A DNA stretch of 64,000 nucleotides from Patescibacteria group bacterium (GTDB lineage: Bacteria > Patescibacteriota > Minisyncoccia > JAHIHE01 > JAGLIN01). The notes below the pieces were generated by a model. That model was not told the DNA's origin. It did not search any database and saw nothing but the letters and a program-made list of their open reading frames with translations. Numbering within the stretch: position 1 is the first letter of the stretch; each line of letters opens with the position of its first letter. Of the stretch, positions 53,981-64,000 are shown one piece after another. The translations under genes were made by a program, and so were the position numbers. The DNA is taken from contig JARGGI010000003.1 in the NCBI GenBank assembly GCA_029210775.1, positions 4,512 to 68,511 on the forward strand, written 5' to 3'.

Positions 53981-54970
53981 TTAATTCAAAAGCTTTTCTA
54001 TTTCCTTTGCAATCTTTTCTCCGTCATGCCTAATCAAACTTCTTTGCAAATTGTCAGATTTATCTTTCTTAATCTCCTCGCTACTAAGAAAATCCGCTCG
54101 AATAACATGCCTATCGCCTCTGCTTAAATCATCTTCAACGGGAAAATCATTTTCATTTTCATATTTCCTAATGATATCTTCAGGCAATTTTGCAGAATTT
54201 AGAAATATATAATCTAATTTTCTGTATAGCATATATTTTTCAACAATCCTCACATGATCAGATGCAGTAAAACCATAAGTCTCTCCAAAGCTGGTCATAA
54301 TATTTGTTGTATAAATAATTTTAGCTTTTGTATCTCTTATTGCGTTTGCAATCCCATCCACAACAAGATTAACCATCAGACTTGTATATAAATCTCCTGG
54401 TCCAATAATTACAGCGTCAGCATCAATAATTGCATCTACCGCATCAGGATTTGCTATTGAAGATGGTTCAAGATATATTTTTTCAATTTTCAATTTTCCA
54501 TCATGTTTCGGCTCATCTATATTATGTTCTCCCAGAACTTTCAATCCATTTTCATATTCTGCAACCAGATTTGAATCAGAATCTGTGACTGGAATCACTC
54601 TACCTTTGATTTTCAAAATACTACCCGTTTTTTCTATGGCCGTCATTTGATTTCCTAAAATATCAGTTAGCGCCGCCATAAACAAATTCCCAAAAGTCAT
54701 ACCCTTAATACCAACTCCTTCATTAAATCTGTACATAAAAAGTTTTCGCATCAGACTTTGTGAATCATTTTTCCCCTCATCTGTTAACGCAACGAGACAT
54801 TGTCTGACATCACTCGTTGGAAGAATTCCAAACTCATCTCGGATAATCTTATTACTTCCTCCGCTATCTGCCATTGAAACGATTGCTGAAATATCAAAAT
54901 TATATTTTTTCAAACCAAGCAACAAATTAAATGTCCCCGTTCCTCCTCCAATTGTGACAATTCTTTTCAT
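53981..54970 (-). CDS. YvcK/CofD-family (UPF0052) gluconeogenesis-factor-like protein
   Basis: MKRIVTIGGGTGTFNLLLGLKKY...SMADSGGS. Confidence 0.75.
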   Translation of the reverse strand: MKRIVTIGGGTGTFNLLLGLKKYNFDISAIVSMADSGGSNKIIRDEFGILPTSDVRQCLVALTDEGKNDSQSLMRKLFMYRFNEGVGIKGMTFGNLFMAALTDILGNQMTAIEKTGSILKIKGRVIPVTDSDSNLVAEYENGLKVLGEHNIDEPKHDGKLKIEKIYLEPSSIANPDAVDAIIDADAVIIGPGDLYTSLMVNLVVDGIANAIRDTKAKIIYTTNIMTSFGETYGFTASDHVRIVEKYMLYRKLDYIFLNSAKLPEDIIRKYENENDFPVEDDLSRGDRHVIRADFLSSEEIKKDKSDNLQRSLIRHDGEKIAKEIEKLLN

Positions 54971-54982
54971 TAATATTTTTTA

Positions 54983-56083
54983 CTATTTAAAATTTATAAT
55001 TTCTTTTGCCAAGAGTTCAGCTGAATTTGTTATATTACTGTTGTATTTTCTTATTCTACTTTTCATATTAGCTCCAAAACCATCTTCTTGCAATAACTTA
55101 AATAATTGCTTTATCAAAACATCGGGATTTAGGTTTTCTTCCTTGATTATAGTCAGTAGGCCTTTTTCAAAAAAATATTCCGCATTTTTATACTGATGAT
55201 TATTTGCAGATGTTGGAAGTGGAATTATAATACTTTGTTTTTCCGCTGCAATTATTTCAGAGAGACTATTTGCACCGGCTCTCGAAATCACAATTTCCGA
55301 GAGAGCATATGCGTCTTTTAAATTATCCGTTAGAAACGGGTAAACCTTATATCTACTTATTCTTTTCAATTTTATTTTCTTGATCTTACTTTTTATTTCT
55401 TCATAATTTTTCTCTCCACATATGTGAATAATCTGCACTTTTTCAAGAAGATCTGAAAGTGATTTCAAAACAACTTCATTAATTTTCACAGCTCCCTGAC
55501 TTCCACCAAAAACAAGAACTGTTGGTATATTATCTTTTAAATCAAAAACATTTTTAGCTCTCTCTTTATTTCCATTCAGAATTTCCTCTCTAATCGGATT
55601 TCCAGCATAAACAACTTTATTAAAAGCAAAATATTTTTCTGAATCTGAAAAGGAAACAAATATTTTTGAAGCAAACTTTGAAATTATCCGATTTGCAAGA
55701 CCTGGCACTACATCTGATTCATGCGTAATAATTGGAATTTGAAAAATCCATGCGCCAACAACAGGAGGAACGCTTGCGTAACCACCTTTAGAAAAAACTA
55801 TATTTGGCTTAAAGTTATAGATAGTAAATAACGATTGAATAATGCCAACTGGAAATTTAATTAAATCAAAAATATTTTCAATTGAAATATATCTTCGAAG
55901 CTTTCCCGCATTTATTACTTTCACATTTATTCCTTTATTTTTAATAACTTGATTAAAATTACTTTTAGGACCCACAAACAGAAATTCAACCTTTCCATCT
56001 TTAAGTTTTCTTAACTTATCTACAACTGCCAAAATTGGCATAATATGTCCTCCTGTTCCGCCACCTGTTAATAATATTTTCAT
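54983..56083 (-). CDS. murG: undecaprenyldiphospho-muramoylpentapeptide beta-N-acetylglucosaminyltransferase
   Basis: MKILLTGGGTGGHIMPILAV; GT28 N- and C-terminal domains. Confidence 0.9.
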   Translation of the reverse strand: MKILLTGGGTGGHIMPILAVVDKLRKLKDGKVEFLFVGPKSNFNQVIKNKGINVKVINAGKLRRYISIENIFDLIKFPVGIIQSLFTIYNFKPNIVFSKGGYASVPPVVGAWIFQIPIITHESDVVPGLANRIISKFASKIFVSFSDSEKYFAFNKVVYAGNPIREEILNGNKERAKNVFDLKDNIPTVLVFGGSQGAVKINEVVLKSLSDLLEKVQIIHICGEKNYEEIKSKIKKIKLKRISRYKVYPFLTDNLKDAYALSEIVISRAGANSLSEIIAAEKQSIIIPLPTSANNHQYKNAEYFFEKGLLTIIKEENLNPDVLIKQLFKLLQEDGFGANMKSRIRKYNSNITNSAELLAKEIINFK

Positions 56084-56392
56084 AATTAAATAATATTACT
56101 TTATTGTTATTACTACCGTCATTTTGAAAAGTGACTAAGAAAAATCCAAAATCTATTCACTTAAAATCTTTTATTGCTTAATACAAAACTTTTTAAGAAA
56201 TTCTTCAAGTTCGATCTACTGGATTTCGTTCAAAAAATACAAATAAGATAATTTAGGTCAGTTCTATTATGTTGTTAAATGTTTTATGTTTTATGTTAAA
56301 ATGAATATTCCTTGCCACCAGTTTAAATCTATTATATCATTATATTATTGAAAAACAAAAAATTTTAAAAATAACAATTAATAACTCAAACA

Positions 56393-57658
56393 ATGCAAAA
56401 ATTTATTATAAATGGCGGAAAACGGCTAAGAGGAAAAATAGATGTAATGGGAGCCAAAAATGCAGCAACGCCTATCCTTTCGGCGTGTCTTTTAACAAAA
56501 GATGAATGTATAATCGACAACATCCCCCTTATCAATGATGTTTTAAAAATGATTGAACTTCTTGAAAGCATGGGAGTTGAGACTGAATGGGTTGAAAAAA
56601 GAAGACTAAAAATTAAAGCTGGCGATGATGTTGATCCAGAAAAAATGAATTTTGAAATTATAGGACATATGAGATCATCAATTTTACTTCTCGGAAGTAT
56701 GCTTGCACGATTCGGAAAGTTCAAAATTAAACAACCAGGTGGATGCATTATCGGAGCAAGACCTGTCGGAGTTCACTTTGACGCGCTTGAAGCACTCGGA
56801 ACAACTATAACATCAGAAAATGGATTTTATTGTTTTGAAGCAAAAAAACTTATTGGAAAAAAAATCATTCTCAAAGAATTTTCAGTAACCGCAACTGAAA
56901 ACCTAATGATGGCAGCCACGCTCGCCGAAGGAACAACAACAATCAAAATTGCAGCCATTGAACCTCATGTTCAAGATCTAGCAAGATTTCTAAACAAAAT
57001 GGGAGCAAAAATTAAAGGCCTTGGGGTTCATACAATTCAAATTGAAGGAGTTGCAAAACTTCATAGTGCAGAACATAAAATTATTCCAGACCCTATTGAA
57101 GCTGGAACTTTTGCAATTGCTGCTGCTGCCACAAAAGGAGATGTTGAAATCAATAATGTCAATCCCCATGAACTTGATTTGGTCTTAGAAAAACTCAAAG
57201 AAATTGGTGCAAATATTGAAATAAAAGAAAATAAATTAATCATTAAGCCCGCAATAAAGTTTAATGCAATCAAAAAAATTGAGACCAGAACCTATCCAGG
57301 AATTCCAACTGACCTTCAAGCTCCTTTTGCTGTGCTTGCAACTCAAGCAGAGGGAACCACCCTGATTCACGACACAATGTATGAAGGCCGTCTATCTTAT
57401 ATAAACGAACTTAATAAAATGGGAGCAAATGCAATTATATGTGATCCTCACAGAGCACTAATCACTGGAACAACTCCTCTTTACGGACAAGAGATTACTA
57501 GTTTTGACCTTCGTGCAGGCGCAACGCTTATCATTGCAGCGCTACTTGCCACAGGGCAAAGCACGATTAGTAAAATTGAGCAAGTTGATCGAGGTTATGA
57601 AAAAATTGAAGAAAGATTACAAAATATCGGTGCAGATATAAAGAGGATCAAATTTTAA
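56393..57658 (+). CDS. murA: UDP-N-acetylglucosamine 1-carboxyvinyltransferase
   Basis: INGGKRLRGKIDVMGAKNAATPILSACLL; EPSP synthase-like fold; active-site Cys context KQPGGCIIGARPVG. Confidence 0.9.
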   Translation: MQKFIINGGKRLRGKIDVMGAKNAATPILSACLLTKDECIIDNIPLINDVLKMIELLESMGVETEWVEKRRLKIKAGDDVDPEKMNFEIIGHMRSSILLLGSMLARFGKFKIKQPGGCIIGARPVGVHFDALEALGTTITSENGFYCFEAKKLIGKKIILKEFSVTATENLMMAATLAEGTTTIKIAAIEPHVQDLARFLNKMGAKIKGLGVHTIQIEGVAKLHSAEHKIIPDPIEAGTFAIAAAATKGDVEINNVNPHELDLVLEKLKEIGANIEIKENKLIIKPAIKFNAIKKIETRTYPGIPTDLQAPFAVLATQAEGTTLIHDTMYEGRLSYINELNKMGANAIICDPHRALITGTTPLYGQEITSFDLRAGATLIIAALLATGQSTISKIEQVDRGYEKIEERLQNIGADIKRIKF

Positions 57659-57687
57659 AATTAGAAACTAAAAAATAGAAATTTACT

Positions 57688-57716
57688 GACTCCACGCTCC
57701 ACGTGGAGTCTTTTTT
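57688..57716 (+). terminator. rho-independent terminator after murA (GACTCCACG-ctcc-ACGTGGAGTC followed by T6)
   Basis: Seen directly. Confidence 0.7.
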
Positions 57717-57887
57717 GATTTTTTAAAAAAAATAAACGAAAAAAATGGCGTTAAAACCATTGATTTAAAAAAGTCTTTCTTCTGTCGTAGCATCAACCTC
57801 AACGGATAACTTAAATCCTAATACAACTTTAATATTATATCAACCTGCGCAAGTAGAAATATTTAATAACATATACTTGAGATTAAA

Positions 57888-59729
57888 TTATTCCACCGTC
57901 ACGCTCTTTGCCAAATTCCTTGGCTTATCAATATCAAAACCAAATTCAATACCCATATATGCTGCAAAAAGATGAAGTGGAATGGCCGTTAAAATTGGGG
58001 TCAACATCTCTAATGTTTTTGGAATATAAATCACATCATCCGCAATTTCTTTTATATCTTCATTTCCCTCAGTCGCAACGGCAATTATTTTACCCTTTCT
58101 CGCTTTTACCTCTTCCATATTGCTCCACATTTTATCATAAACACTATCAGTCGAAGCAATAAAAAAACAAGGAAAATCTTCATCAATCATTGCAATTGGA
58201 CCATGCTTCATTTCACCTCCCGCATAACCTTCAGCATGAATTTTATATGCAACTTCTTTCAATTTCAATGCACCTTCATTTGCAACTGGATAATTATATT
58301 TTCTTCCCAAATAAAGAAAATTATTATACTTTGAATATTTTTTCGCCAACTTCTTTATATCTTCCTTTGTATCTAATACTTGCTCCATTAACTTTGGTAA
58401 TTTTTTTAATTCATCAGTTATCCTCTTTCCAGTTATCATTGACATCTCTCTTGTTCTTCCTAAATATACCGTCAAAAGAGCAAGAACAACAATTTGCGAC
58501 ATTAGGGCTTTTGTAGAAGCAACGGAAATTTCAGGTCCAGCGTGGTTATAAATCCCCGCTTCAGTCTCTCTTGCAATTGTGCTTCCAACAGTATTAACGA
58601 TACCCAGTGATAAAGCTCCTTTTCTTTTTGCCTCTTGCAATGATGCAATCGTGTCAGCTGTCTCTCCCGACTGACTTATCGCAAGAATTGCTGTTTTTGA
58701 ATCAATCACAGGTTTTCTATATCTAAATTCACTCCCAATCTCAACTTCAACTGGAATTCCTGCATACTCCTCAAGCATATATTCTCCAATCATACCAGCA
58801 TAATTTGCAGTTCCACAAGCAATGATGATAATCCGATTTATATCACGTAATCTTTTTTGATCAAGAACTTCCAAACCACCCAATTTCACCAAACCTTTTT
58901 CAGAAATTATCCTTCCTCTAATTGAATTTTGAACAACTTCAGGACCTTCAAAAATTTCTTTCAATAAAAAATAGTCATGACCTCCTTTTTGTATCTCAGA
59001 AACATCCAAATCAATTTTACAATGTTCTTTGTGAATTTGATTATTATTAGTTGTTGAACTAATTTTATATTTATCTTTTTCAATCACGCCCATTTCATTG
59101 TCATCAAGATAGATAACCCTATCAGTATAACCAACAAGAGCCGAAGCATCAGATGCTACAAAATATTCACCATCTCCAATACCAATTACAAGCGGGCTTC
59201 CTTTTTTTGCAACAATAATTTTACCTGGGTCACTTTTTGAAACAACAGCAATTGCATAAGCTCCATCAACATGCCTCAAACAATCAAATACAGCCTGCTG
59301 TAAATTTCCATCAAAATGACTTTCAATTAAGTGTGCTAAAATTTCCGTGTCCGTTTCTGATTCCATTTGATGTCCAGATTTCTCAAGACTTTTTTTTAAT
59401 GATTTATAGTTTTCAATTATTCCATTATGAACAATAAAAATATTCTTTTTACAATCATGATGCGGATGAGTATTCTTTTCAGACGGACATCCGTGGGTTG
59501 CCCATCTTGTATGAGCAATACCAACAAAACCAGTCATTTCTTTCTCTTTTTTCATTTTTTCTTCCAATTCATTTATCTTTCCAACTGATCTAACACAACT
59601 TAAAGAACCATCTTCATTTAAGACAGTCATTCCTGCTGAATCATATCCTCTATATTCAAGTTTTTTTAATGCATTTAATAAGAACTCATTCGCCTTATTT
59701 TTTCCAACATAACCCGCAATGCCACACAT
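57888..59729 (-). CDS. glmS: glutamine--fructose-6-phosphate aminotransferase (isomerizing)
   Basis: MCGIAGYVG Ntn nucleophile; two SIS domains; C-terminal ...KSVTVE. Confidence 0.95.
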   Translation of the reverse strand: MCGIAGYVGKNKANEFLLNALKKLEYRGYDSAGMTVLNEDGSLSCVRSVGKINELEEKMKKEKEMTGFVGIAHTRWATHGCPSEKNTHPHHDCKKNIFIVHNGIIENYKSLKKSLEKSGHQMESETDTEILAHLIESHFDGNLQQAVFDCLRHVDGAYAIAVVSKSDPGKIIVAKKGSPLVIGIGDGEYFVASDASALVGYTDRVIYLDDNEMGVIEKDKYKISSTTNNNQIHKEHCKIDLDVSEIQKGGHDYFLLKEIFEGPEVVQNSIRGRIISEKGLVKLGGLEVLDQKRLRDINRIIIIACGTANYAGMIGEYMLEEYAGIPVEVEIGSEFRYRKPVIDSKTAILAISQSGETADTIASLQEAKRKGALSLGIVNTVGSTIARETEAGIYNHAGPEISVASTKALMSQIVVLALLTVYLGRTREMSMITGKRITDELKKLPKLMEQVLDTKEDIKKLAKKYSKYNNFLYLGRKYNYPVANEGALKLKEVAYKIHAEGYAGGEMKHGPIAMIDEDFPCFFIASTDSVYDKMWSNMEEVKARKGKIIAVATEGNEDIKEIADDVIYIPKTLEMLTPILTAIPLHLFAAYMGIEFGFDIDKPRNLAKSVTVE

Positions 59730-59842
59730 AATTTAATATAAATAAGTTAACTATTTTTATTTTAGTTTAGTAAACAAAAATGGTCAAATGAACGCAAAAA
59801 AAAACAGAATTATGATTATCCTGTTTTAATCCATACTAATCA

Positions 59843-60562
59843 TTACCACCCCTTTACTTCCAATCCATTTTCAGCCGCTTTTCTTTGTGCTGCTTGCTTA
59901 CTAATCCCATCACCTTCCGCGATTTTTTCTTCTCCCAAAAACACACCTATCATAAAATGTTTATCGTGATCAGGACCCCATTCTTTTATAACTTTATATG
60001 CAGGAGTAATGCCCACTCTTTCTTGAGCCTCTTCTTGAAATTTACTTTTTGCATCTTGATAAAGTTTATCATCTAAAATATTATCCATTTTTGTTAAAAA
60101 ATGTTGCTCTATAAATTTCTTTGAATTTTTATAACCTTGATCGAGATATATTGCCCCAATTACTGCTTCAAGAGCATTAGCAATAATATATTGACGAGCC
60201 CTTCCCGTGTCCTTTGACTCACCCTTACTCATTAGTAAAAAATCTTCCAAGCCAATCTCTTGTGAAATTTTAGCAAGCATTTTTCGGTTTACCAAAGCAG
60301 CACGAAAATTCGTTAATTCTCCTTCTGGATTTGAAAAATTATTATACAAAAATTCCGTCGTAACAAGCTCCAACACTGCATCTCCCAAAAATTCAAGTCT
60401 TTCATTATGATCAAGTTCAAAATCTTTGTGCTCATTTAGATATGACCTATGGACAAGCGCTTGTCTTAAAAGGTCTTTATTTTTAAATTTTATAACAATT
60501 TTTTTTTCAAGTTTTTTTAAATCATTCATGAATTTCTTTTTAATTTTATTTCTTATAAACAA
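59843..60562 (-). CDS. rnc: ribonuclease III
   Basis: ERLEFLGDAVLELV signature; C-terminal dsRBD. Confidence 0.9.
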   Translation of the reverse strand: MFIRNKIKKKFMNDLKKLEKKIVIKFKNKDLLRQALVHRSYLNEHKDFELDHNERLEFLGDAVLELVTTEFLYNNFSNPEGELTNFRAALVNRKMLAKISQEIGLEDFLLMSKGESKDTGRARQYIIANALEAVIGAIYLDQGYKNSKKFIEQHFLTKMDNILDDKLYQDAKSKFQEEAQERVGITPAYKVIKEWGPDHDKHFMIGVFLGEEKIAEGDGISKQAAQRKAAENGLEVKGW

Positions 60563-60568
60563 AAAAAA

Positions 60569-61045
60569 CTAATCTTTTTTAGTTTTTTTTACTTCTGTTT
60601 TTTCTTTATACAAAGATCCAAGAACACCATTTATAAACTTTCCACTTGAACTTCCTCCAAAAGATTTTGCAAGTTCTATCGCTTCGTTAATGGCAACTTT
60701 AGGAGGAACATCTTTTCTTTTACTAAACATCAGTTCATAAATCCCAACTCTAAGAATATTTCTATCAATTATCGTCACTTGATCAAGTGGCCATTCAGGT
60801 GCAAGTCTTTTAATAGTTGAATTTATTTCTTTCAAATTTTTATATACTCCATTTACAACATTTGAAATAAAATCATCTTTTTCCATTCCCAATCCATATT
60901 CTTTAATATTGCATTGAACGATTCGATCAAGTTTTTTTTTGTTAAATCTATTCTTTTTATCAACAACATCAACTACAGAACTTTGAAAATCCCACTCATA
61001 TAAGCTCTGCATTGTTATAGACCTAGAAAGGTGCCTGCTGGACAT
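60569..61045 (-). CDS. nusB: transcription antitermination factor NusB
   Basis: [13 protein letters not shown]..., helical NusB fold; 158 aa. Confidence 0.8.
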   Translation of the reverse strand: MSSRHLSRSITMQSLYEWDFQSSVVDVVDKKNRFNKKKLDRIVQCNIKEYGLGMEKDDFISNVVNGVYKNLKEINSTIKRLAPEWPLDQVTIIDRNILRVGIYELMFSKRKDVPPKVAINEAIELAKSFGGSSSGKFINGVLGSLYKEKTEVKKTKKD

Positions 61046-61093
61046 ATTGTTTATAATCTCGCTAATTATTTAAAAAACAAATTTTGTTAATAT

Positions 61094-61420
61094 TTAATTG
61101 CTTTTAACTTCCAGTTTTTCTTGAGACGCATTCTTGAAATTTTTTTCATCAACCTTTTCACTTTTCTGTTGCTTCTTTACAGCCTTTTCTTCTTTCTTCT
61201 TGTTGTCTTTCTCAATTTTTATACGTTTTTTTCTTGGAAGTTTTTTAAGAACATTAATTACTTCTTTTCCTTTATAAAAACCGCAACTTTCACAAACACA
61301 ATGTGGCTTTACTGCTTTTCCGCACTTTTGACATTTTGCTAAATTGATTGTTTTCAAGGCATGATGAGATCTGCGTTGATTTCTCGCAGATTTGGTTGTT
61401 TTCTTCTTTGGATGTGGCAT
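61094..61420 (-). CDS. rpmF: 50S ribosomal protein L32 with a Lys-rich C-terminal extension
   Basis: MPHPKKKTTKSARNQRRSHHAL...CQKCGK...HCVCESCGFYKGKEV matches bL32 and its zinc ribbon. Confidence 0.85.
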   Translation of the reverse strand: MPHPKKKTTKSARNQRRSHHALKTINLAKCQKCGKAVKPHCVCESCGFYKGKEVINVLKKLPRKKRIKIEKDNKKKEEKAVKKQQKSEKVDEKNFKNASQEKLEVKSN

Positions 61421-61522
61421 ATTTTTTCTTCAGTTAATTTTAAGTTCTTCTGTTTATATATCTATAAAACATATTACAGTAATTTAATTCATTTTGCAAG
61501 TTTTTTATTATTTGTGAAAATA

Positions 61523-62155
61523 TTATAAGTGAAAAAATTTTTTAATAGGTTCAAAAGTCTTTCTATGAATTTTACATGGACCCTTTTTCATAATCATTTC
61601 AATATGCTGTTTAGTTCCATATCCCTTATGACTTGCAAATCCATATCCTGGATATTCCTTGTCAAAATCTATTAATATTCGATCTCTTGTTACTTTTGCA
61701 ATAATGGACGCTGCACTTACAGAAAAAACATATCTATCTGCTTTTGGAATTGCCATTTGGCTTGCTGGAAAATCTTCAATTGTGCTTATTCCATCAATAA
61801 TTAAAAAATCGGGATTGCCCTTTAGATTTTCAACTGCCCTTCTCATAGCAAGCTTTGTGGCTTCAAGTATATTTATTTTATCAATGACATCTTCTGATAT
61901 TACGCTAACTCCCCAATCTTGAGATTCTTCAACTATCATTTGATAGAAACATTCTCTTTTCTTTTCCGAAAAAGTTTTTGAATCTCTAACCCCCTTTATT
62001 ATTAAATTATTTATACTTTTTGCATTATTAAAAACAACCGCAGCTGCCACGACAGGACCGGCTAATGGACCACGACCCGCTTCATCAATTCCAGCAACAT
62101 ATTTATAACCTCTCTGAAATAATTTTTCTTCTCTTGAGAAATCTGGTATAATCAT
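61523..62155 (-). CDS. rnhB: ribonuclease HII
   Basis: GIDEAGRGPLAGPVVAAAV motif. Confidence 0.9.
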   Translation of the reverse strand: MIIPDFSREEKLFQRGYKYVAGIDEAGRGPLAGPVVAAAVVFNNAKSINNLIIKGVRDSKTFSEKKRECFYQMIVEESQDWGVSVISEDVIDKINILEATKLAMRRAVENLKGNPDFLIIDGISTIEDFPASQMAIPKADRYVFSVSAASIIAKVTRDRILIDFDKEYPGYGFASHKGYGTKQHIEMIMKKGPCKIHRKTFEPIKKFFHL

Positions 62156-62359
62156 TTTTTTATTTTGATTCTTCTAATTTATTTATTAACACAATTAAAA
62201 GGGCTTTTTCTTCATATAAATTAAAGCCCTCCTTTAATAATAATTATAATACGATACAATTTAGTGTTTATATTATAAATTTATATATTATTTTGTCAAT
62301 AGATTAAATCAACATAAAAAAAGTATAAATGAATATCAAATAATAATTATTTTTGATAA

Positions 62360-62815
62360 TTATACTACATAATTTTGCGTAATATTATTATCTTTTGTTT
62401 TCTTTTCTTCGTATAGATTTTGTTCTGAAAGCTCAATACTTATGTTGATTTTATGAGATCCCTGTGTTGGTATATATAAAGTAAAATAAGTTGTAAATTT
62501 AGATCCTGGAAAAATTTGATAACTCCCATCAAACTCCTGAACATAAACCACTTCACCGTCAACGTTCCAAATAACATCAAAAGGACCTTCATAGTCCACT
62601 TTTTCGTAATTAACAAACCTGACATTACAAGTCGGACTTTCAGGAATACCTAAAGTAGGCCAACAATATATAAATTCTGCAATTATATCAGGATAAGGTC
62701 CGTTAACCTTCCAACTTCCATCTTTAATGCTTTCCTTTTCGGCAGATACACTCTTTGCAGTTATTGCAAATAATATCACAATAACAAACAAAATTAATAT
62801 TTTTTTTGTTTTCAT
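62360..62815 (-). CDS. secreted hypothetical protein (signal peptide)
   Basis: MKTKKILILFVIVILFAITAKSVSA leader; no recognisable family. Confidence 0.45.
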   Translation of the reverse strand: MKTKKILILFVIVILFAITAKSVSAEKESIKDGSWKVNGPYPDIIAEFIYCWPTLGIPESPTCNVRFVNYEKVDYEGPFDVIWNVDGEVVYVQEFDGSYQIFPGSKFTTYFTLYIPTQGSHKINISIELSEQNLYEEKKTKDNNITQNYVV

Positions 62816-62944
62816 ATTCCACCGCTCTGCAATTTTATTGCATTAGTAAAATAATTTTATACTAACAATTCGTATATGTCAATCAATAATTGCTTTTTAA
62901 TTCTCGTAGCTATATAATAAAATTATAAAATCTTATAAAAATAT

Positions 62945-63577
62945 ATGAATAATAGCAACAACAATTCTTCACCACTTGAAGAATATCAAGATTACTGGGA
63001 CATAATTGATAAAACCCTTAACGAAGGCACTAATTCTGGATATAAAATGGCAATCATTGAAACTGAAAAAATATTGCTTTTGTCATTAAATAAAAAGAAA
63101 ATTCCCGGAAAAAACATTGAAGAAAAAATAAAAAATGTTAGAAAACTAATAAAAAACCCTGACAAGCTAAATTATGCTCACACAATGTATGAAAAAATAA
63201 CGAAAGAACCTGGATTTAATATTTCTTCAGAAGACACGCGAGAAATTGTAGCTGGATATTACAAAACAATATCAGACATAGAAAACATTGATTTGCAAGA
63301 TTTACCAATTAAAGAAAAAATGAATTTTCTATTGCATGGCAATTTCGAAAAATATCAGAAAAACATAAAAAGATTGTTTATAATTATTTTTTTGTTTTTC
63401 CTATTGGTTTTTCTTTTATCAGAAACTACTACTGGAAATTTAATCTCAGAACAAATTACATCTTTTAGTCAGTATTTATTTTATAAAGTTTTCCTCACGT
63501 TTTTGAAAATTGGAATTGGAATAACTCTAATTTTTAGCGTTTGGCATATCTGGAAAAGAAGAAAAAGGAAACATTAA
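62945..63577 (+). CDS. hypothetical membrane protein (soluble N-terminal domain, two C-terminal TM helices)
   Basis: ORF plus hydrophobicity only. Confidence 0.45.
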   Translation: MNNSNNNSSPLEEYQDYWDIIDKTLNEGTNSGYKMAIIETEKILLLSLNKKKIPGKNIEEKIKNVRKLIKNPDKLNYAHTMYEKITKEPGFNISSEDTREIVAGYYKTISDIENIDLQDLPIKEKMNFLLHGNFEKYQKNIKRLFIIIFLFFLLVFLLSETTTGNLISEQITSFSQYLFYKVFLTFLKIGIGITLIFSVWHIWKRRKRKH

Positions 63578-63595
63578 TCATTACCAAATATATAA

Positions 63596-64000
63596 ATGAA
63601 ATTTACTCATCTTCACACTCACAGTCATTACAGCTTATTAGACGGTCTTGCAAAAATTGATGATTTAATTGACCGAGCACTTGAGCTTGAAATGGATTCG
63701 CTTGCACTAACAGACCATGGTGTTATGTATGGAGCAATTGAATTTTATCAAAAAGCAAAGAAGAAAAACCTAAAACCGATTTTAGGCGTTGAGGCATATG
63801 TTGCAACAAATTCAAGACATAATAAAAATCCAGGTATTGATGACAGGCGTCATCATCTTATTCTTCTTGCAAAAAATGAGACAGGTTATAAAAACTTAAT
63901 CAAACTCACTACGAAAGCTCATCTTGAAGGTTTTTATTATAAACCACGCATTGACAAAGAACTGCTCAAAGAACACTACGAAGGAATAATTGCGACTTCA
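63596..64000 (+). CDS. dnaE: DNA polymerase III alpha subunit, N-terminal PHP domain (truncated by the window end)
   Basis: MKFTHLHTHSHYSLLDGLAKIDDLIDRALELEMDSLALTDHGVMYGAIEFY is the classic PHP start. Confidence 0.9.
   Translation, partial: MKFTHLHTHSHYSLLDGLAKIDDLIDRALELEMDSLALTDHGVMYGAIEFYQKAKKKNLKPILGVEAYVATNSRHNKNPGIDDRRHHLILLAKNETGYKNLIKLTTKAHLEGFYYKPRIDKELLKEHYEGIIATS

Overview
This 64-kb window is AT-rich (about 30% GC) and gene-dense, with most genes on the minus strand; it looks like a small-genome anaerobic bacterium. Most of it is housekeeping. In order these are a split ComEC, nrdD-nrdG, ftsA-ftsZ, ybeY, rpsU, hisS, lepB, an LCP protein, pth, dprA, topA and a Phe/Tyr terminal-pathway cluster (two prephenate dehydratase paralogs, tyrA fused to chorismate mutase, an aminotransferase) with a tRNA-Phe gene nested in it. 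Further on are a CNNM/CBS protein, an FKBP, a permuted PEP-utilizing enzyme, a DnaQ-like exonuclease next to an AddA-like helicase-nuclease, an ABC exporter, csp, a MATE pump and dus. After the island come tRNA-Asn, dnaG-rpoD, yvcK, murG, murA, glmS, rnc, nusB, rpmF, rnhB and the start of dnaE. The main anomaly is a roughly 10-kb higher-GC island (about 40.2 to 50.4 kb) ending at the 3' end of tRNA-Asn and flanked by an IS256 transposase remnant, a frameshifted IS30 element and an ImmA-like peptidase fragment. It carries three radical-SAM enzymes (at least two with SPASM domains, one with an N-terminal RRE-like extension), a SAM methyltransferase, an S51-family peptidase, a bacterial-type ProRS paralog with a zinc ribbon replacing the editing domain, and several small peptide ORFs. 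Two paralogous small ORFs differ by a substitution pattern indicating selection in one reading frame. I read this as a horizontally acquired, probably undescribed peptide-modification (RiPP-like) system. Other notable observations are a small gene with its own promoter and terminator whose reading frame is switched off by a (GA)8 tract, an NrdD that appears to lack the C-terminal glycyl-radical domain, a tRNA-like half-molecule upstream of a small gene, and structured intergenic elements upstream of pth and dprA. All coordinates of my own small features carry an uncertainty of about 2 nt.
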